A stretch of DNA of 64,000 nucleotides, from NCBI GenBank assembly GCA_018672475.1, contig JABHFS010000154.1:9640-73639 (forward strand), written 5' to 3'. Positions within the stretch are counted from its first letter, which is position 1. Every line of letters begins with the position of its first letter. Shown piece by piece: positions 57,634 to 64,000 of the stretch. Both the position numbers and the translations under genes were made by a program. Under the pieces are notes generated by a model. The model did not search any database, had not been told where the DNA came from, and saw only the letters and a program-made list of their open reading frames with translations. This stretch comes from Gemmatimonadota bacterium. GTDB lineage: Bacteria; Latescibacterota; UBA2968; UBA8231.

Positions 57634-58683
57634 GTGAAGAAACTTACGATTCTCATCGCGTTGGCGGCCTTTTGCGCTGTTCCCGTGACGGCGCAGTTGG
57701 CTACTTCTGGAGCCGTCGCCGCCATTGACAATATTCCTCCCGCACCGGTAACCGAGCTACAAGCCCTAGTGGCCTCTGGTAGCGATACGAGGACCGTAGC
57801 ACTCACGTGGGCGCTGTCGGCCGATGACGCCCGGTCTTTTACGACCTTTGGTGGCCAAATTGTACCGACCGGTGATGTGCGGGGTTATCGCGTTTATCGC
57901 CAGCAAGAAGAAGGCGTTGAAGAATTGGTCGCTACGTTGGGCGCGGGTGTATCTGAGTTTGTCGACGATGTTGTCATTGAAGGGGCTTCTTATATATATG
58001 ATGTTAGACCCTTCGATTCAGATAACGAGACGAATGTCGATGTAATACCTGGCTCTACTGAAGATTTGGCCCGGATCGTGCTAGTCGGTGGGGCTTCCGA
58101 AGTCGTTGTCGAAACTAGGATTGAAGGTGAATTGACTTTTGATAGCAACCTAGATCTTCAGGATCCGGAAGCTGTAACTATCTTCACTGATGAGTTTATA
58201 CGGCAATTGGCCGAGGCGCTCGGGATCGATCCTAGTCGGATTATCATCACCGATATTCAACAGGGCAGTATTGTCGTCTCGTTCCAAATCGCCGGTGGTG
58301 TCGACAATTTCCCCAACGAGCCCACGCCAGTAGATGCATTGGTTGAGTTGAAACGGCAGGTACAGGAGACACAAGATCTCTTTGTAACACTGGCCCCGCT
58401 TCTGGCCTTTGTCGATCAGTCGTCGACGGTGCTAGTGCCGGTAACGGTTCCAGTTGATGCCGATGGCAATGCGATTTTCGGATGGTTTACCCGCGAAGGT
58501 GATGCGGTTGATTTCGACGATTTCTTTCTCTTTGCCGATAATTTTGGTAAGAGCGAGGGCGATGTTGGTTACGATCCGCTCTTCGATATTTCGCCGAATG
58601 GTGCAGTTGATTTCGATGATTTTTTCCGTTTTGCTGATGATTTTGGCAAGGTTGTCGCTAACGCTCTCAGTATACAGGGTTAG
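57634..58683 (+). CDS. secreted paralog: FN3-like N-domain plus two dockerin-like repeats
   Basis: GTG start with an AAGGAGGG RBS. Signal peptide KKLTILIALAAFCAVPVTAQ. The C-terminus carries AVDFDDFFLFADNFG and AVDFDDFFRFADDFG. The N-domain shares motifs with the upstream gene (LTWALSADD, VRGYRVYRQ). Confidence 0.65.
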   Translation: MKKLTILIALAAFCAVPVTAQLATSGAVAAIDNIPPAPVTELQALVASGSDTRTVALTWALSADDARSFTTFGGQIVPTGDVRGYRVYRQQEEGVEELVATLGAGVSEFVDDVVIEGASYIYDVRPFDSDNETNVDVIPGSTEDLARIVLVGGASEVVVETRIEGELTFDSNLDLQDPEAVTIFTDEFIRQLAEALGIDPSRIIITDIQQGSIVVSFQIAGGVDNFPNEPTPVDALVELKRQVQETQDLFVTLAPLLAFVDQSSTVLVPVTVPVDADGNAIFGWFTREGDAVDFDDFFLFADNFGKSEGDVGYDPLFDISPNGAVDFDDFFRFADDFGKVVANALSIQG

Positions 58684-58703
58684 CTTTAGCCAATATAGTT
58701 AAA

Positions 58704-58745
58704 CGTAAGGACCGTGCTTATCTCAGCGCGGTCCTTACGTTTAAT
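58704..58745 (+). terminator. candidate intrinsic terminator
   Basis: 11-bp stem (cgtaaggaccg...cggtccttacg) followed by TTTAAT. Confidence 0.5.
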
Positions 58746-59122
58746 GGCAAAAGAGCTTGACAAAGCAAGGGTTCCTCTATAATTTTCTTTAAGTACACTA
58801 CATGCTGTTCGGTTGTACATTCCCTTTCTCAAAGCAGATGATCCAACCCGGTGGCTACAGTATAGACTGGTGGTTCATTCCGCTCTAAATCCACTCGCTC
58901 TTTAAGTCTTATCAATCTCACGACAATCCTTCTGCAGCTATCCTTTAAAATCTAATCAAGGCGCGTTGCATGCCTAGGTTCCGACGTTTTTGCTGCGTCG
59001 TCGCGTTCCGATACTAATTTTACTCTCGCATTTTTTCAAATACTTATTGGTGTTGCATTGGGACTAGATGTCCGTGTTGGCATCCCCCGCACCTTAACCG
59101 TTAGAAAGGTAGCAAGGAAGAA

Positions 59123-60397
59123 ATGCCGCCTGAGAACGATACACAAAAAATGAACATCGTCGAGCTCCAGCGCATGAATATCCTGGACTTACAGGAGCTG
59201 GCCAAGAAATTGGAAGTTTCTGAGTTCACTGTCCTGCGCAAGCAAGAGCTGATCTTTGCCATCCTCAAGCACCAGACCGAGCGCAGTGGGTTGATTTTTG
59301 CCCAGGGAACTTTGGAAGTGTTGGAGGAGGGGTTCGGCTTTTTGCGTTCGCCGAGCTATAACTATCTTCCCGGGCCCGACGATATTTACGTTTCGCACTC
59401 GCAGATAAAGCGATTCAGTTTGCGCACTGGGGATACGATTTCCGGTCAGATTCGTCCGCCAAAAAATGACGAGAAGTATTTCGCGCTCTTGCGGGTCGAG
59501 GCGATCAATTTCGACGATCCGGAAGTGACGAAGAGCAAGACGATCTTCGAGAATTTGACCGCCTTGCATCCGACGGACCGTTTCAAACTGGAGCACGATC
59601 CGAAGGATATGACCACGCGGATTCTCGATCTGCTATCGCCGATCGGCAAAGGCCAGCGCGGTCTGATCGTCGCACCGCCCTTTACCGGCAAGACGGTGCT
59701 GCTGCAGAAGATCGCCAACGCCATTACTACGAACCATCCAGAGGCGGTTCTCATCGTGTTACTTATCGACGAGCGCCCCGAGGAAGTCACCGACATGCTG
59801 CGTTCGGTTAATGGTGAAGTCGTTAGCTCGACCTTCGACGAACCGGCTACGCGGCACGTGCAGGTGGCGGAGATGGTGATCGAGAAGGCACGGCGTCTTG
59901 TCGAGCACAAACGCGACGTGGTCGTCCTGCTCGACAGTATCACCCGCTTGGCGCGGGCCTACAATACGGTGACGCCGCACTCCGGACGGATTCTCACCGG
60001 TGGTGTCGATTCGACGGCTTTGCAGTGGCCGCGGCGCTTTTTCGCTGCCGCTCGCAATCTCGAAGAAGGCGGTAGCCTTACGATTGTCGCCACGGCGCTT
60101 ATCGAAACCGGTAGCCGAATGGACGAGGTGATCTTCGAGGAATTCAAGGGTACCGGCAACATGCAGGTGCAATTGGATCGTCGGTTGAGCAATCGCCGCG
60201 TTTATCCGGCGGTCGACGTAACCGCGACCAGTACTCGTAAAGAAGAGCTGTTGCTCTCGGAGTTCGAGTTGAACCGCTCGTGGGTTTTGCGCCGCATTCT
60301 TAACCAGATGGGGGTCATCGAAGGCATGGAATTTCTGCAGGAGCGCATGAGGGGCTCCAAGTCCAACGAGGAATTCCTCAAGGCGATGAACGACTAA
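59123..60397 (+). CDS. rho: transcription termination factor Rho
   Basis: N-terminal RNA-binding domain ([12 protein letters not shown]), Walker A (APPFTGKT), Q- and R-loop regions; 424 aa. Confidence 0.95.
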   Translation: MPPENDTQKMNIVELQRMNILDLQELAKKLEVSEFTVLRKQELIFAILKHQTERSGLIFAQGTLEVLEEGFGFLRSPSYNYLPGPDDIYVSHSQIKRFSLRTGDTISGQIRPPKNDEKYFALLRVEAINFDDPEVTKSKTIFENLTALHPTDRFKLEHDPKDMTTRILDLLSPIGKGQRGLIVAPPFTGKTVLLQKIANAITTNHPEAVLIVLLIDERPEEVTDMLRSVNGEVVSSTFDEPATRHVQVAEMVIEKARRLVEHKRDVVVLLDSITRLARAYNTVTPHSGRILTGGVDSTALQWPRRFFAAARNLEEGGSLTIVATALIETGSRMDEVIFEEFKGTGNMQVQLDRRLSNRRVYPAVDVTATSTRKEELLLSEFELNRSWVLRRILNQMGVIEGMEFLQERMRGSKSNEEFLKAMND

Positions 60398-60475
60398 CAG
60401 CCTTGCTTTTTTGCGGTTAGACCCTATTTTATCTAGCTCTTAGACAAGAACTTTAGTTGGTAGAGGAGTGTAAAG

Positions 60476-60799
60476 GTGAAAACGGATATCCATCCCGAGT
60501 ATCAAACGGTCATTTTTCTCGATACGAGCTGTGACCACAAGATTCTATCGCGTTCGACTATCCAGTCCGAAGAGATGATGGAATGGGAAGATGGCAACTC
60601 CTATCCGGTGGTCCGGGTAGAAATTAGCTCGGCTTCGCATCCTTTCTACACGGGCAAGAAGCAGTTGATTATGGATCGCGGTGGGCGTATCGAACAGTTC
60701 AATCGCCGCTATGGCGGTGCCGAGGAGGCGACTGAGGGCGCCACCGAAGAAGCGGCAACCGAAGGCGGAGAGGAAACGGCGGCCGAAGCTCAGGCTTAG
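60476..60799 (+). CDS. rpmE: 50S ribosomal protein L31 with an acidic C-terminal extension
   Basis: [12 protein letters not shown]...HPFYTGKKQ...[11 protein letters not shown]. Only one Cys is present (type-B-like). The tail [27 protein letters not shown] is unusual. Confidence 0.85.
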   Translation: MKTDIHPEYQTVIFLDTSCDHKILSRSTIQSEEMMEWEDGNSYPVVRVEISSASHPFYTGKKQLIMDRGGRIEQFNRRYGGAEEATEGATEEAATEGGEETAAEAQA

Positions 60800-60817
60800 C
60801 TACACCCATTTGACGAT

Positions 60818-60861
60818 AAGGTGGTAAGATCCTCTTGCAAAAGAGGTCTTACCACCTTTTT
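60818..60861 (+). terminator. strong rho-independent terminator after rpmE
   Basis: 18-bp stem aaggtggtaagatcctctt-gcaa-aagaggtcttaccacctt followed by TTTTT. Confidence 0.85.
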
Positions 60862-60876
60862 CGTGTACGAGGCCCC

Positions 60877-61872
60877 ATGGACAGGGAACAACTCACTGAG
60901 GACCTGCCGGTCGGCGGCCAAGCGGTCATCGAGGGGGTAATGATGCGGGTACCGGGTAAGATCGTCACCGCGGTGCGCGCGTCCGACCAGGAGATCGTGC
61001 TACGCGAAGAAGAATACGATTCCCTGTCACGGCGTTATCGCATATTGAATTTGCCCATATTGCGCGGTGCCGTTTCTTTTTTTGAGATGATGATAATCGG
61101 TCTCAAGGCGCTCAATTTTTCCGCTGATGTTGCGATGCAATACAGCGAGGAAGAGCAGGGGAATGCGGCGGCGGGCGAGAGTCTTGTGGGGCGGGAGACA
61201 GGGGTGCGGGAGAATGGTTGGAAGGAGCAGGCGGCGTTAGGTGCAACACTGGTCTTTTCGCTCGGATTGGGCATCGGCCTGTTTTTCTTTTTGCCCCTAT
61301 TGGTCGCGCAATTCCTCGGTTTGCAGCAGAACGCCCTGGAATTCAACCTGGTAGCAGGGGCGGTGCGGACGACCTTGCTCGTCCTCTATATGTGGACGAT
61401 CAGCCAATGGCGCGAGATCCAACGCGTTTTCCAGTACCACGGTGCTGAGCACAAGAGTATCTTTACTTTGGAGGCCGGTGCCGAACTGACGGTGGCGGCG
61501 GCGCGGGGTTTTGGTCGGTTGCATCCGCGTTGCGGGACCAGTTTTATGCTGATTGTCGTGCTTTTCGCGATTGCGGTTTTCGCCTGTGTCGATTCGCTCT
61601 TCGTCGTTGTTTTCGGGCATACTCAGAGTCTCTTTGAGCGTTTTGCCACCCATTTTTCACTATTGCCCTTTATTGCTGGGATCAGCTTCGAATTGCTCAA
61701 GATTTCGGGCAAGAAGCGCAATCACCCCTTGACCCGGGTGCTGATTGCTCCGGGTCTTTGGTTGCAGCGTATTACGACCCGCGAGCCTGATGACGACCAG
61801 TTGGAGGTCGCGTTGGTGGCTTTGCGCTGTGTCCTTGGCGAAGAGGCCAAGGCGGTTCAAGTTATAGATTGA
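60877..61872 (+). CDS. DUF1385 family membrane protein (YqhQ-like), the conserved upstream partner of prfA-prmC
   Basis: AVIEGVMMRVPGKIVTAVR... and HGAEHK motifs. The start is placed after the terminator hairpin at the MDREQ methionine. Confidence 0.7.
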   Translation: MDREQLTEDLPVGGQAVIEGVMMRVPGKIVTAVRASDQEIVLREEEYDSLSRRYRILNLPILRGAVSFFEMMIIGLKALNFSADVAMQYSEEEQGNAAAGESLVGRETGVRENGWKEQAALGATLVFSLGLGIGLFFFLPLLVAQFLGLQQNALEFNLVAGAVRTTLLVLYMWTISQWREIQRVFQYHGAEHKSIFTLEAGAELTVAAARGFGRLHPRCGTSFMLIVVLFAIAVFACVDSLFVVVFGHTQSLFERFATHFSLLPFIAGISFELLKISGKKRNHPLTRVLIAPGLWLQRITTREPDDDQLEVALVALRCVLGEEAKAVQVID

Positions 61873-61882
61873 GGTAGGTGCC

Positions 61883-62962
61883 ATGCTGGATAAATTGAGC
61901 CAATACGAACGACGCTACGAAGACCTGAGTGCGCAGATGTCCGATCCGGCGATCACCAAGAATCCGGCTTTGTATCAGAAACTGGCGCGGGAATTGGGCG
62001 ATTTGCAGGAGCTGATCGATGTTGCGGCCAAATACCGCGAAGCGCATGGGCAACTGGCCGAAGCTGAGGAGATCATTGCCGACGGTAGCGAGCCGGACCT
62101 GGTCGAATTGGCCGAGGTCGAGCGCGACGAGTTGCAAGGGGAAGTCGCGCGTATGGAAGAAGAGCTCAAGGTGTTGCTTGTCCCCAAGGATCCCAACGAC
62201 GGTCGCAACGCGATTATCGAGATCCGTGCAGGAGCTGGCGGTGATGAGGCGGGGCTTTTTGCCAGCAATCTTTACCGGATGTATCATCGTTTCGCCGAGC
62301 GCAATAGTTTGAAGATCGAAGAACTGTCCTCCAGCCAGAATCCGGCGGGTGGTTTTAAGGAAGCGGTGTTTATGGTGTCGGGGAAAGGGGCTTTCGGTCA
62401 GCTCAAATTTGAGAGCGGGGTGCACCGCGTGCAGCGCGTTCCCAAAACCGAGGCCTCGGGTCGGATTCACACCTCGGCGGCTTCAGTGGCAGTGCTGCCC
62501 GAAGCCGAGGACGTGGAAGTGGATATCGCAACGGAGGATCTCAAGATCGAGGTCTATCGCTCTAGTGGCCCGGGCGGCCAAAGTGTCAATACGACTGATT
62601 CAGCGGTAAAAATTACGCATGAACCCACCGGTTTGGTCGTTTCATGTCAGGACGAGAAGTCGCAGCTAAAAAATAAGAATAAGGCCTTGAAAATCCTCCG
62701 CGCCCGGCTATTCGATAAGATTCAAGCCGAACAGAAAGCCAAACGTGACGCGACGCGCGCCGGTCAAATCGGCAGTGGCGATCGCAGCGCCAAGATCCGC
62801 ACTTATAATTTCCCCCAGGGGCGGGTCACTGATCACCGGATTACTTTGTCGCTTTATCGTCTAGAGGAAGTTCTCGACGGCGATTTCGGCGAATTCGTGC
62901 AGCAGTTGGCTCTGGCCGCGCAAGAGGATGCGTTGGAGACGGCCAGTGCAACGGCCGACTAA
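61883..62962 (+). CDS. prfA: peptide chain release factor 1
   Basis: PxT-type recognition region, GGQ motif (SGPGGQSVNTTDSAVKITHEPTG), 359 aa. Confidence 0.95.
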   Translation: MLDKLSQYERRYEDLSAQMSDPAITKNPALYQKLARELGDLQELIDVAAKYREAHGQLAEAEEIIADGSEPDLVELAEVERDELQGEVARMEEELKVLLVPKDPNDGRNAIIEIRAGAGGDEAGLFASNLYRMYHRFAERNSLKIEELSSSQNPAGGFKEAVFMVSGKGAFGQLKFESGVHRVQRVPKTEASGRIHTSAASVAVLPEAEDVEVDIATEDLKIEVYRSSGPGGQSVNTTDSAVKITHEPTGLVVSCQDEKSQLKNKNKALKILRARLFDKIQAEQKAKRDATRAGQIGSGDRSAKIRTYNFPQGRVTDHRITLSLYRLEEVLDGDFGEFVQQLALAAQEDALETASATAD

Positions 62963-62971
62963 CTGACGGCG

Positions 62972-63838
62972 ATGAGCCAGCGCGCCTGGAAGCTGCTCGA
63001 GATTCTCGAGGAAACGACTCGTTTCTTTGATTCAAGAGATATGGAAAACGGCCGCTTGCAGGCCGAACTTCTGTTGGCGGCCATTCTGGACATCAAACGC
63101 CTCGACCTCTATCTGCAATTCGAACGCCTTCTGCTCGCCGATGAAGTAGACCTCTACCGCGATTATGTACGCCAACGGTTACAGCGTGTTCCGGTGCAGT
63201 ATATCGTTGGCGTGGCCGCTTTCCGCAATTTAGAGCTCAGCGTAACCCCCGATGTGTTGATACCGCGCCCCGAGACCGAAATATTGGTCGATGTGGCGTT
63301 GCAATATCTGCCGGATGGAGGCCGGGTGCTCGATCTGTGTTGTGGGTCGGGGGCGATCGCCTTGTCCTTGGCTCAAGAGGCGGCCACCGCGCAAGTCGTC
63401 GCCGCGGATATATCGGAGGCCGCGCTAAAGGTGGCCAAAGCTAATGGTGTAAGCCATGAGTTGCAGGAACGCGTCGAGTGGTTTTGCGGCGATTTCTTTG
63501 CGCCGCTCGCAGGAGCAGCACCATTCGATATTGTCGTTTGCAATCCGCCCTATGTGCGTCATGGGGATTTGGCGTGTCTCGAACCGGAAGTGCAAGACCA
63601 CGAACCCCATCTGGCCTTGGATGGGGGGGAGGACGGTCTGGACTGTTATCGTCGGATCGTGCAGGAAGCACCTGGGTTTATCCGCCCTGGAGGCTATCTG
63701 CTCATGGAAGTCGGCGAAGGGCAAAGTACAGCGGTTGAAGCGCTACTTGCGCAGGTTGCATCCTTCTCCGAGGTTCAGACGAAACCCGATTTGAACGAAG
63801 TACCGCGAGTCGTCGTTGCGCGTATTTCTTCTTCCTAA
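62972..63838 (+). CDS. prmC: release factor glutamine N5-methyltransferase
   Basis: SAM-binding LDLCCGSGAIAL and NPPY motif (VCNPPYV). Confidence 0.9.
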   Translation: MSQRAWKLLEILEETTRFFDSRDMENGRLQAELLLAAILDIKRLDLYLQFERLLLADEVDLYRDYVRQRLQRVPVQYIVGVAAFRNLELSVTPDVLIPRPETEILVDVALQYLPDGGRVLDLCCGSGAIALSLAQEAATAQVVAADISEAALKVAKANGVSHELQERVEWFCGDFFAPLAGAAPFDIVVCNPPYVRHGDLACLEPEVQDHEPHLALDGGEDGLDCYRRIVQEAPGFIRPGGYLLMEVGEGQSTAVEALLAQVASFSEVQTKPDLNEVPRVVVARISSS

Positions 63839-63852
63839 ACGGATAAAAAACC

Positions 63853-64000
63853 ATGGCCAAAAAAAGCCGTTCCGTCTATGTATGCCAATCCTGTGGCCAA
63901 AACGCCGCGCGCTGGTTTGGGCGTTGCGCCGCTTGCAGCGAGTGGAATACTTGTGTCGAAGAGCGGCCGCAGGAGGTCGATAAGCGTCGCGAGCATCTCG
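63853..64000 (+). CDS. radA: DNA repair protein RadA, N-terminal zinc-finger part; 3' end outside window
   Basis: MAKKSRSVYVCQSCGQNAARWFGRCAACSEWNT matches the RadA/Sms C4 zinc ribbon. Confidence 0.7.
   Translation, partial: MAKKSRSVYVCQSCGQNAARWFGRCAACSEWNTCVEERPQEVDKRREHL

Overview
This 64 kb window is a high-GC (roughly 58-60%) bacterial chromosomal segment. The gene content is Planctomycetota/PVC-like: a sulfatase, many PhyH-family dioxygenases, Gfo/Idh/MocA and xylose-isomerase-like TIM-barrel proteins, and dockerin-like secreted proteins.

Region 1-8.4 kb holds secreted and periplasmic hydrolases: a BNR glycosidase fragment, a sulfatase, gamma-glutamyltransferase, a glycerophosphodiester phosphodiesterase and a CBM9-like protein, plus an ECF sigma factor with a putative anti-sigma factor.

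Region 8.5-13 kb is a CUT1-type sugar ABC system with two tandem paralogous substrate-binding proteins and two permeases.

Region 13.9-25.9 kb is one long plus-strand regulon. It comprises a ribose-type ABC importer, a GntR regulator, a 637-aa protein of unknown function, and a translationally coupled operon encoding a form-IV RuBisCO-like protein (RLP), an aldo-keto reductase, a DUF1537-type acid-sugar kinase, a Rossmann dehydrogenase and a UxaB-like oxidoreductase. This is the strongest candidate for an undescribed acid-sugar catabolic pathway.

Region 26-52 kb is an accessory catabolic island. It contains four PhyH Fe/2OG dioxygenases, an HpcH aldolase, an enolase-superfamily dehydratase, MDR and Gfo/Idh/MocA dehydrogenases, an EPSP-synthase homolog, an SHMT-like protein, a DHDPS-family aldolase and several proteins of unknown function. 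It also carries three apparent gene relics: a frameshifted FKBP gene, a PhyH N-terminal fragment and a diaminopropionate-ammonia-lyase-like fragment. A 34-bp direct repeat brackets a large TPR membrane-protein gene.

Region 52.4-64 kb is housekeeping: tRNA-Val, cspA, tRNA-Met, dnaG, rho, rpmE, a DUF1385 protein, prfA, prmC and the start of radA. Between dnaG and rho sit two paralogous secreted FN3/dockerin-like proteins.

No CRISPR array, transposase or integrase was recognised. All calls come from reading the sequence and ORF translations; no database searches were run.
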